Shown here piece by piece: positions 9,280-16,687 of a stretch of 64,000 bases of DNA (positions within the stretch are counted from its first letter, which is position 1; every line of letters starts with the position of its first letter). Location: assembly GCA_016201765.1 (NCBI GenBank), contig JACQCE010000012.1, positions 8,136-72,135 of the forward strand. Direction: 5' to 3'. The stretch comes from Nitrospirota bacterium (GTDB lineage: Bacteria; Nitrospirota; Nitrospiria; JACQCE01). Made by a program: the position numbers and the translations under genes. The notes under the pieces are model-generated. The model was not told the origin of the DNA, searched no databases, and saw only the letters and a list, made by a program, of their open reading frames with translations.

Positions 9280-9429
9280 AGAGGCAAACGCGGATTAATG
9301 GAGAAAAGGCGGATTAGTAAAGAAACTGCGGATTAGGGGGTAGTGAAGAAAGAGCGGATGGAATGCTCTTAACCCTTACCCCCCTTTTTCTTTACTAATC
9401 CTTAATCCGGTTTTGTTCCACTAATCCGC
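9271..9429. repeat. GCGGATTA array: 19-bp phased units followed by an inverted set (TAATCCGS)
   Basis: GCGGATTA at 9271, 9290, 9309 and 9328, plus a degenerate unit at 9354. TAATCC(GS) follows at 9396, 9403 and 9422. The array lies between two convergent genes. Confidence 0.9.
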
Positions 9430-9747
9430 TTTTTCTTTATTCAGCCGGTGCAACCGGGCCTTCATTTTTTCAGTCGGGATATGGTCGCCGGTTTTCGTCC
9501 CGACGGCGATGCCCTTCTCAAGCGCCGTGCGCAGTTCATCGGTTCGACCGAGCGCGCGCAATGCCTCGGTCAAACCGTGATGGGCGGCCGTGTAGTCGGG
9601 TTTGAGCTCAATCGCTTTCCGGTAGGCCGCAACCGCCTGCTCCCACTGTTGGGCCTCGCCGTATGCGCCGCCGAGTCCGAAATGGGTCATCGGATCGTTC
9701 GGATCGAGCGCGAGGATCTTCTCGAGTTGTTCGATGCGGGTGGACAT
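9421..9747 (-). CDS. Small TPR-repeat protein
   Basis: 108 aa with TPR-type helices (AYRKAIELKPDYTAAHHGL). The C-terminal KAD-stop is encoded by a repeat unit. Confidence 0.7.
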   Translation of the reverse strand: MSTRIEQLEKILALDPNDPMTHFGLGGAYGEAQQWEQAVAAYRKAIELKPDYTAAHHGLTEALRALGRTDELRTALEKGIAVGTKTGDHIPTEKMKARLHRLNKEKAD

Positions 9748-9793
9748 GTCAAGACGCTTTTTACTGAGGGCCCCTGCCCCGCTGTTGCTTCAA

Positions 9794-9853
9794 TAATCCT
9801 TAATCCGCTTTTTCCCTTTTACCCCTTAATCCGCCCTTGCCTCTCTAATCCGC
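9794..9853 (-). repeat. GCGGATTA array, locus 2 (minus-sense)
   Basis: TAATCC at 9794 and TAATCCGC at 9801, 9827 and 9846 (spacings 26 and 19). Starts 3 nt after the stop of the 9856 ORF. Confidence 0.85.
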
Positions 9854-9855
9854 CT

Positions 9856-10104
9856 TCACCCACCAAGCTTGGCCAGTCCGGCCCGCACCGTGGCTTCCAC
9901 TTCGCGCCGAACCGTCGGTTCCTGGTCGACATCGAGCAGATCATCCTCAGAGATGGAAATGAATTCCCGGGCCTTGCCTTTGGTGAGGGAGATCAGGTAG
10001 CGGTCGTTGGTGGCCCGGACGGGAATGACGACCTGGACGCCGGCATCCAGCTGACCGATCAATGCCAGCAGCGCCGTCTTGCCGGCCTCGATCTCATCCG
10101 CCAC
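9856..10104 (-). CDS. Hypothetical 82-aa protein
   Basis: GTG at 10104 lies 2 nt after the helicase stop; the longer listed ORF overlaps the helicase. No recognisable motif. Confidence 0.35.
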   Translation of the reverse strand: MADEIEAGKTALLALIGQLDAGVQVVIPVRATNDRYLISLTKGKAREFISISEDDLLDVDQEPTVRREVEATVRAGLAKLGG

Positions 10105-10106
10105 GA

Positions 10107-11435
10107 CTAGCGTCCTCGGGAATGGCGCCCCCCCGGGCGCCCCCCCGGCGGCCGTCTGCCGGCCTGATGTGGCCGGCCTCCCTGGTGGGACGGGGGCCGG
10201 CGCTTGGGGTGCCACGGAAGCGGCGTGAGAAAAAGGGCGTCATCGGCCCAGATCACCGGAATTTTATGGCCGATCAACTGTTCGACTTCCTCCAGCGAAA
10301 AGGCGTAGTGCTCGCAGACCAGGCTGATCGCCATGCCGGTGGCGCCGGCCCGGGCGGTGCGGCCGATCCGGTGGACATAGTCGGTCGGATCCTGCGGCAG
10401 GTCGTAGTTGATGACGTGGCTGACCGCCTCGATGTGCAGGCCGCGCGAGGCGACGTCGGTGGCGACGAGGATCGGCAGGGTCTTGGCCCGGAACTGTTCG
10501 ATCACCTTCAACCGTTGTTTCTGCGGCAGATCGCCGGTGATGGCCCGGGCATGGTACTCATGCTGGGTCAGCCGCTCCGCGAGCTCCTCCCCCTCGCGCT
10601 TGGTGTTGACGAAAATCAGAATCCGTTCCCACGGCAGGGTCTTGAGCAGGCCGAGGAGCAGCGAGAATTTCTGGCTTTTCCCGACGTGGTAGAGCGATTC
10701 CTCCACGGCGGCCGCCGTGACTTGTTTGGGTGAGACTTCAACTTTGACCGGATTGTTCATGTGCTCATAGGCCAGCTCCATGACGCGCATCGACAGCGTG
10801 GCCGAAAAGAGCATCGACTGGCGGGCCTGGTAGGGGGGCATCCGCCGGAGCATGAAGCGCAGGTCCTGGATGAAGCCCATGTCGAACATCCGGTCGGCTT
10901 CATCGATGACGAGGATCTGAAGGCCTTTGAAGTCGTAGACCTTTTGTTTGAGATAGTCGATCAACCGGCCGGGCGTGCCGACCAGAATGTCCGGTCCGGC
11001 GGCCAGTTCGTCCCGTTGTTTTTCGTAGTCAATTCCGCCGTAGACGGCCAGCATTTTGAATGGAAGGCCTGACCCGAGTTGCTGGGCGTCCTTGAGGATC
11101 TGCACGACCAGTTCGCGCGTTGGGGCGATGATCACCGCCCGGGGCGAGGGCGGATGGCCCTTGCGCGGTTCACCCCGAGGGTTCACCCCGAGGGGCGGGG
11201 GCAGCGTGAGTAAACGGGAAAAAATGGCGATCAGGAAGGCCGCGGTCTTGCCGGTGCCGGTCTGCGCCTGGCCTGCCACATCCTGGCCGGCCAGTGAGAT
11301 GGGCAGCGTCAGCTCCTGAATCTCTGTGCACTGGGTGAACCCGGCGCGACGGACGCCCTCCAGCACCGCGGGCGGGATGGGAAAGGCGTCAAACGTGCGT
11401 CTGGCCTGGGGAATGGTGTTGGTGTTGACGGTCAT
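10107..11435 (-). CDS. DEAD-box ATP-dependent RNA helicase (RhlE-like) with basic RG-rich tail
   Basis: Q-motif, AQTGTGKT, VIDEADRM, SAT and HRIGRTARAG motifs. ATG 11435 chosen. Confidence 0.92.
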   Translation of the reverse strand: MTVNTNTIPQARRTFDAFPIPPAVLEGVRRAGFTQCTEIQELTLPISLAGQDVAGQAQTGTGKTAAFLIAIFSRLLTLPPPLGVNPRGEPRKGHPPSPRAVIIAPTRELVVQILKDAQQLGSGLPFKMLAVYGGIDYEKQRDELAAGPDILVGTPGRLIDYLKQKVYDFKGLQILVIDEADRMFDMGFIQDLRFMLRRMPPYQARQSMLFSATLSMRVMELAYEHMNNPVKVEVSPKQVTAAAVEESLYHVGKSQKFSLLLGLLKTLPWERILIFVNTKREGEELAERLTQHEYHARAITGDLPQKQRLKVIEQFRAKTLPILVATDVASRGLHIEAVSHVINYDLPQDPTDYVHRIGRTARAGATGMAISLVCEHYAFSLEEVEQLIGHKIPVIWADDALFLTPLPWHPKRRPPSHQGGRPHQAGRRPPGGRPGGRHSRGR

Positions 11436-11483
11436 TGCTACGACCCCCATCTTAACGGGTCGGGGACGGGAATGCAAACGGCG

Positions 11484-12281
11484 TCATGACGCGGCCGTCC
11501 AGGCCCAGGCGAGCACCAGCAGGCCGACGATGATCCGGTAATAGGCGAAGGGGGCGAAGGTATGGCGCTTCACGTAGCCGAGCAGACCGTGGATGGTGAG
11601 CAGGGCGACGAAGAACGAGACCGTGAATCCGACAGCCAGCAGCGCCAGATCGTGCCGGGTGAAGAGTGAAACGTTCTTCACCAGATCGTAGAGCGTGGCG
11701 GCGCTCATGGTCGGAATCGCCAGGAAAAAGGAATATTCCGTCGCGGCGGTCCGGTCCATGCCGGCCAGCAGCCCGCCCATGATCGTCGCGCCGGAACGGG
11801 AGACCCCGGGAAAGAGCGCCGCGCATTGGGCGACCCCAACGCCCAGCGCCTGCCGCCAGGTGGTGGCATCCAGCGCGCGTGTGCGCGGCGGCGGATGAAA
11901 TCGTTCGATCAGGAGAATCAGGACGCCGCCGGCAATCAGCGCGCCGGCCACGGTGGTGGTGTTAAATAGATAGGTTTTGATCCAGCGGTGCGTCAGCAGC
12001 CCCAGTCCGGCTGCCGGCAGAAACGCCAGCCCCAGGCCGAGCAGCAGCCGCCGGGCGTCGGCATCGGCCGCGCTGTGCGTCACGAGCGTGGTGATCTTCC
12101 GCCGGTAGTAGAAGATGACGGAGAGAATGGCGCCCAACTGAATGGCGATTTCAAACGTATTGGCGACTTCGCCCGTATAGCCGAGCAGATGGCCGGCGAC
12201 GATCAGGTGGCCGGTGGAGGAGATGGGGAGGAACTCGGTCAGTCCTTCAACCACTCCCAGAATGACGGCGGTCCACCACAT
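11484..12281 (-). CDS. uppP: Undecaprenyl-diphosphate phosphatase
   Basis: VEGLTEFLPISSTGH and PGVSRSG motifs; about 8 TM segments. Confidence 0.9.
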   Translation of the reverse strand: MWWTAVILGVVEGLTEFLPISSTGHLIVAGHLLGYTGEVANTFEIAIQLGAILSVIFYYRRKITTLVTHSAADADARRLLLGLGLAFLPAAGLGLLTHRWIKTYLFNTTTVAGALIAGGVLILLIERFHPPPRTRALDATTWRQALGVGVAQCAALFPGVSRSGATIMGGLLAGMDRTAATEYSFFLAIPTMSAATLYDLVKNVSLFTRHDLALLAVGFTVSFFVALLTIHGLLGYVKRHTFAPFAYYRIIVGLLVLAWAWTAAS

Positions 12282-12297
12282 TGCCGGCCATTATACA

Positions 12298-12383
12298 GGG
12301 TCAAGGGTCAAGGGGCCAGGGTCAAGGAACAGGTTAAGGTGATTGTTGTTCTCCCTTGACCCTTGACCCCTGACCCTTCACCC
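12298..12383. repeat. Inverted pair of GGGTSAAGG G-tract arrays (quadruplex-type motif on each strand)
   Basis: Plus-strand G-tracts at 12298, 12305, 12312 and 12319. C-tracts at 12353, 12360, 12367, 12374 and 12381. The second half encodes the VOC C-terminus VKGQGSRVKGE. Confidence 0.8.
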
Positions 12384-12807
12384 ATTGTTGCTCACTGAGC
12401 GTCGGCTCATACAGAAACTGGATCACGTTGCCATCGGGGTCGGCGATGTAACAGGAGACGCTGCTATCGCGGTGACGCGTGGGCGGTTTGATAATCGGCA
12501 CGCCGGCCGCACGCAGGGCGTCGTGCCATTGATCGACCTCGAGCGGCGACGCCACAATAAAGCCGAAGTGATCCAAAAACTGCCGTTGCTGCCGGTAGTC
12601 GGCCGCCTCGCCGGCCGGAATCTGGTGCAAGGCGAGATTGTCGGCGCCCGCGCTCAGATAGACATTGTCCGGGTCGGGTTCCCAGATGACCTTCATGCCC
12701 AGCAATCCTTCGTAGAACGCGCGCGATCCGGCCATGTTGGTCACCCGCAGCGCCAGGTGGCGCAGGCTTTTGAACGGCAGCGGAGCAGGCGGCGGGGCGG
12801 GCGCCAT
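12334..12807 (-). CDS. VOC (glyoxalase/bleomycin-resistance/dioxygenase) family protein
   Basis: LRHLALRVTNMAGSRAFYEGLLGM is a typical VOC N-terminal beta-alpha-beta module; HFGF and DPDGN motifs present. Confidence 0.75.
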   Translation of the reverse strand: MAPAPPPAPLPFKSLRHLALRVTNMAGSRAFYEGLLGMKVIWEPDPDNVYLSAGADNLALHQIPAGEAADYRQQRQFLDHFGFIVASPLEVDQWHDALRAAGVPIIKPPTRHRDSSVSCYIADPDGNVIQFLYEPTLSEQQWVKGQGSRVKGEQQSP

Positions 12808-13634
12808 CAGACGGGATCGGGCGGCAGAAAATAAAAATGGTGAGTCGGCCCATGGCCGTGACCGATGGCCAGCCCATGACGGATTGCCTCGGTGACATAG
12901 CGTTTTGCCACTCTGACCGCCTCCAGCAATGGTTTGCCTTTAGCCAGTTGTGCCGTGATCGCGGCCGAATAGGTGCAGCCGGTGCCGTGTGTGTGGGGTG
13001 TGTCGATCCACTCGCCGGATAGTTCGGTGAACCGCCGGCCGTCGTAGACCAGATCGGTTGCCGGAGCCGCGGCCAGGTGGCCGCCCTTGATCAGGACCGC
13101 CCGGCAGCCGAAGCGATGAATCCGGCGTGCCGCTTCCTTCGCCTCGTTGAGCGAGCCGATGGACATATCGGCCAGCTGCTGAGCTTCATGAATATTGGGA
13201 GTGACGATCATCGCCAGCGGGAAGAGCTCCCGCGTCATCCGGGCCACCGCGTCCGGTTTGAGCAGCAGGTGGCCGCTCTTGGAGATCATCACCGGATCGA
13301 CGACCAGGTTGGACGCCCGGCGCGCCCGCAGCGCCCCGGCGACGACGGCGACGATCTCGGCCGAGAAGAGCATGCCGGTCTTGACCGCGCCGATCGTGAA
13401 ATCATCGAAGACGGCGTTGAGCTGCGCTTCGATCACCTCGCGCGGGAGCGCGTGGATCAGCGTGACGGTTTTCGTGTTCTGGGCGGTGACGGCCACCAGG
13501 GCCGAGAGCGCAAAGACGCCGTTGGCCTGGATCGCCTTGATGTCGGCCTGCACCCCGGCGCCGCCGCCCGAATCGGACGTGGCGATCGTCAGGGCCTGTG
13601 GAACGGGCTGGCGCGCGCCTTGTCGTCGAGTCAC
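12807..13634 (-). CDS. thiD: Hydroxymethylpyrimidine/phosphomethylpyrimidine kinase
   Basis: ALTIATSDSGGGAGVQADIKA and HGTGCTYSAAI motifs. Confidence 0.9.
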   Translation of the reverse strand: MTRRQGARQPVPQALTIATSDSGGGAGVQADIKAIQANGVFALSALVAVTAQNTKTVTLIHALPREVIEAQLNAVFDDFTIGAVKTGMLFSAEIVAVVAGALRARRASNLVVDPVMISKSGHLLLKPDAVARMTRELFPLAMIVTPNIHEAQQLADMSIGSLNEAKEAARRIHRFGCRAVLIKGGHLAAAPATDLVYDGRRFTELSGEWIDTPHTHGTGCTYSAAITAQLAKGKPLLEAVRVAKRYVTEAIRHGLAIGHGHGPTHHFYFLPPDPV

Positions 13635-13932
13635 GCGCCTATTCTACGGCCCGTCTGCCCTGATTGCAATCTATCCGCTCGTGCCTGACAAGCTGGCACT
13701 CACTCAAGTCAAGGGAAGATGCGCTTCGACTTGGCCATGGCCTTGGGCCATGTTGCCAACTCAGATTTCGCCTTCGCGGGCAGAGCCCGCGAAGCTTCAT
13801 TCATCTCCCATTGGTTTATTTATCTCTGGGGGCCCGTGCGGAGATTCATCCTCCGACTTGCCTGCCGAAAGGCAGGTGCCCCCACGTCCCCGGCCCCATC
13901 GCCGTACGCATTGATGTTTTCTTTTTACCCCA

Positions 13933-13982
13933 TAATCCTTAATCCGGTTTTTCTTTACTAATCCGCTGTTATCCCATTCCGC
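13933..13982 (-). repeat. GCGGATTA array, locus 3 (minus-sense)
   Basis: TAATCC at 13933, TAATCCGG at 13940, TAATCCGC at 13959 and a degenerate CATTCCGC at 13975. Ends 4 nt from the CBS gene stop. Confidence 0.8.
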
Positions 13983-13985
13983 CTT

Positions 13986-14414
13986 CTACCCGATTAGCGT
14001 TACCTTGCTGTCATGGTCGATCCACACGGCGCCGAGCCAGGCGCGAAGGAGGTCGTGACGCGTGACGCTGCCGGCAAATCGCCCGCGGTTCATGACCGGC
14101 AGCCGGAGCAGATGATGGGCGAGCATGATCTCCACCGCGCGTTCCAGCGGGGTGCTCATGTCGACCACCGGCGGCGCCGGCGCCATGATTTCCTTCACGA
14201 ACGTCCGCTTCAAATCCCTGCCCTTCATCAGGGCGTTGAGCAGTTCCATCTCGGTCACTTTGCCGACGACCGAGCCGGACTGGTCCAACACCGGCAGGCC
14301 TTGAAAGCCGGCGGTGAGCAGGTTCATGGCGACCTCATCGGTCAGCGTTTCCTCGGTGGTTGAGAGCGTGTTGGAGATTTTGATTTCACCGATCGTGCGA
14401 AAATGGGGCTGCAT
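13986..14414 (-). CDS. CBS-domain pair protein
   Basis: Two CBS-like modules (GLPVLDQSGSVVGKVTEMELL and RLPVMNRGRFAGSVTRHDLL). AAGGAG lies 6 nt before ATG 14414. Confidence 0.75.
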   Translation of the reverse strand: MQPHFRTIGEIKISNTLSTTEETLTDEVAMNLLTAGFQGLPVLDQSGSVVGKVTEMELLNALMKGRDLKRTFVKEIMAPAPPVVDMSTPLERAVEIMLAHHLLRLPVMNRGRFAGSVTRHDLLRAWLGAVWIDHDSKVTLIG

Positions 14415-14577
14415 CGTGTTCTCCTTGTGATGGTGGTGTGACCTCATGCTACCCCCTCGTTGTTACGTGCGACTCAGCACAGGCTCAAGAAATAGCAACA
14501 TCCGTGCCAGGCGTGCCGCACTCCAGGGAGCCCGCGCCGCCGCCTTCTCCGTCATTTTTGTCGGAACCCCGACAGAA

Positions 14578-14716
14578 GGTAGTGGGTCAGTTTCACCGCA
14601 ACCGGCTCAAAAATAGGGACACGTCCCAATTTCCTCGTGCGACGCTCGGCACGCAACGAAATTGGGACGTGTCCCCATTTTTGCCACGGTGGAATCCATC
14701 AAACTGACCCACTACC
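14578..14716 (-). mobile_element. MITE-like element, copy 1 (139 bp)
   Basis: TIR GGTAGTGGGTCAGTTT / AAACTGACCCACTACC and an inner 24-bp inverted repeat (IR) AAAAATAGGGACACGTCCCAATTT. Arms are reversed relative to copies 5, 6 and 7. Flanks CGACAGAA / GGATGTGG show no TSD. Confidence 0.85.
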
Positions 14717-14866
14717 GGATGTGGCGGGCACGACACCGACGTCTTCTCCGCCGGATATTTCATGGCGGGGGAAGGCGTTTTTTGTTGTGTGGCGATGACG
14801 ACGGCGTCTCCTTCGAATGTTGGGGGGGCGCCTTTGTGTTTTGCGGGGAACCAACGAGGTCGTGAG

Positions 14867-16402
14867 ATGAGCCCGACGCTTCGCACGGATGAGCGCCATG
14901 CCGAAGAGCTGGCGATCCTCTATGAGATCAGCAAGACGCTGGCGACCGGCCGGGAGATGGCGTCGATGATCACCCACGTGCTCGCCGTGCTGCACGCGCG
15001 GCTGCATCTGGATCACGGGACGCTGGTGCTGCTTGATCCACAGACGAACGAGCTGGCGATCGAAGTGGCGCACGGGTTGACCGAGGAGGAACGGACGCGC
15101 GGGCGGTTTCGGATCGGCGAAGGCGTGACCGGCGCCGTGTTTAAAGAGGGCAAGCCGCTGTTGATCCCCGATCTGTCCCGGGAGCCCCGCTTCCTCCATC
15201 GCTCGATCCGCCGCAATCTTTCCGGACGCACCGTGGCGCTCCTGGCTGTGCCGGTCCGGCTGCATGAGGAAACCGTCGGAGTCCTGAGCGTCGACCGTGA
15301 GGGCGGCGTGGCACAGGGCGAACTGGAGCGGGATTTGCAGTTTCTGTCCGTGGTGGCCACATTGATCGCCCAGGTCGTGAGGGTGAGGAAAGTGCTGACG
15401 CCGGCGCTCCCTGCGGCGCCGAACCCGCAGGATGCCTTGAGCGGCGTCATCGGCGAGAGCCTGGTCATGGAGCAACTGTTCGACGTGATCCGTCGGGTCA
15501 GTTCCAGCCGGACGATTCTCCTGCTGCGGGGTGAAAGCGGCACGGGCAAGGAGCTGCTCGCGCGGACCATTCATGCGTTGAGCCCGCGCCGGGACCGCGC
15601 CTTTGTCGCCGTCCATTGCGCCGCGCTGCCCGAGACGCTGCTGGAAAGCGAATTGTTCGGCCATGAGCGGGGCGCGTTTACGGGCGCCGTGGCCCGCCGG
15701 CCCGGCCGGTTTGAGCTGGCCGAGGGCGGGACGCTCTTTCTCGACGAAGTGGGCGACATTCCGCTCTCGATCCAGGCCAAACTGCTCCGCGCCGTGCAGG
15801 GGCTGGGGTTTGAACGATTGGGCGGGCAACGGACGCTCAAGACCGATGTCCGGCTGCTGGCCGCGACCCACCGGCCGCTGGAGGAGATGGTGCGCCGGGG
15901 GGCCTTCCGGGAGGATCTCTACTATCGATTGAACGTGGTGCCCGTCATGATTCCACCGCTCCGTGAACGGACGGAGGACATCCCGCTCCTCGTCGACTAT
16001 TTTCTGGCCACGTTCAACCGTGAGCACGGCAAGGCGGTGACGATCTCGCCCTCGGCGTTAACATTGTTGACCGACTATCACTGGCCGGGCAACGTCCGCG
16101 AGCTGGAGCATTGTCTCGAACGGCTGGTACTGTTGACGACGCAACCGGTGATCACGCCCGAGGAGATCGATGCCCTGGCCCATCTGCTTGATCTGCCCAA
16201 GGAACCGGCCAAACGGGCGGCCGCCCCGCCGCCGTCGCTCCCCCGGAGCGTCCAGGAGCTGGAGCGGGCCGAAGTGGTCGCCGCGCTCGAACGGACGGGC
16301 TGGGTCAAGGCTCGGGCGGCGAAGCGGCTCGGTTTGACGCCCCGCCAACTCGGCTACCGCGTCAAAAAGTATGGGCTGCGTCCGCCCGAAGAGGGGGAAT
16401 GA
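14867..16402 (+). CDS. Sigma-54-dependent transcriptional activator, GAF + AAA+ + Fis-type HTH (NifA-like architecture)
   Basis: N-terminal GAF region, GESGTGKE Walker A, GAFTGA, DEVG, and a C-terminal AAKRLGLTPRQLGYRVKKYGL. ATG 14867 chosen. Confidence 0.9.
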   Translation: MSPTLRTDERHAEELAILYEISKTLATGREMASMITHVLAVLHARLHLDHGTLVLLDPQTNELAIEVAHGLTEEERTRGRFRIGEGVTGAVFKEGKPLLIPDLSREPRFLHRSIRRNLSGRTVALLAVPVRLHEETVGVLSVDREGGVAQGELERDLQFLSVVATLIAQVVRVRKVLTPALPAAPNPQDALSGVIGESLVMEQLFDVIRRVSSSRTILLLRGESGTGKELLARTIHALSPRRDRAFVAVHCAALPETLLESELFGHERGAFTGAVARRPGRFELAEGGTLFLDEVGDIPLSIQAKLLRAVQGLGFERLGGQRTLKTDVRLLAATHRPLEEMVRRGAFREDLYYRLNVVPVMIPPLRERTEDIPLLVDYFLATFNREHGKAVTISPSALTLLTDYHWPGNVRELEHCLERLVLLTTQPVITPEEIDALAHLLDLPKEPAKRAAAPPPSLPRSVQELERAEVVAALERTGWVKARAAKRLGLTPRQLGYRVKKYGLRPPEEGE

Positions 16403-16435
16403 CACCTGACGCAAAGGGATGATTGCAGACAAAAG

Positions 16436-16451
16436 TGTTTGAGTTCAGACA
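16436..16451 (+). promoter_or_regulatory. TGT-N10-ACA upstream-activator-type site
   Basis: TGTttgagttcagACA lies about 110 bp upstream of the -24/-12 promoter and is flanked by a CAGACAAA direct repeat. The motif is short and could occur by chance. Confidence 0.35.
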
Positions 16452-16547
16452 AAGATGGGCTGCTCGGCCTGCTTGATTGCCGGAAGTTGTTTCAAAAAAC
16501 GCTGTCAAAACAAAGAGGTTGATATTTGTGCTGGAGAGGAGTGCAAT

Positions 16548-16564
16548 CGGCACGTTGATTGCTT
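16548..16564 (+). promoter_or_regulatory. Sigma-54 (-24/-12) promoter
   Basis: cGGCACGttgaTTGCTt has GG and GC exactly 10 nt apart. It matches TGGCACG-N4-TTGCW at all but the first position. Confidence 0.7.
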
Positions 16565-16630
16565 GAAGTAACAACTCAAGGTATTGTACGCGTCACACAA
16601 GGGTGTGTGAGGCGATAGGGTGGCGATGGC

Positions 16631-16664
16631 GCCGATCCCGATTGATGGGATCGGCATTTTTTTT
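16631..16664 (+). terminator. Leader intrinsic terminator/attenuator upstream of the Mo-domain gene
   Basis: GCCGATCCC-gattgat-GGGATCGGC followed by A and T8. It ends 24 nt before ATG 16688, downstream of the sigma-54 promoter. Confidence 0.6.
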
Positions 16665-16687
16665 GTTCGTGATGGAGAAGGGACGGC

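Noticed and set aside
9271-9429. The regularly spaced GCGGATTA units were considered as a possible CRISPR array.
   Set aside because: The repeat is only 8 bp with 11-bp spacers. The array flips orientation midway and no cas genes are present. This does not fit CRISPR architecture.
9856-10215. Possible frameshifted C-terminal extension of the DEAD-box helicase, since the 119-aa ORF overlaps the helicase 3' end.
   Set aside because: The helicase ends in a typical basic RG-rich tail with a clean stop. The overlapping part of the 119-aa ORF is Pro/Ala/Gly low-complexity. A GTG directly after the helicase stop gives a separate small ORF, so no frameshift signal is needed.
13635-13800. Expected TPP (THI-box) riboswitch upstream of thiD.
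   Set aside because: The CUGAGA and ACCUGAUCUGGAUAAUGCCAGCG core elements are not found in the right order or spacing on the thiD strand. Only generic hairpins are present.
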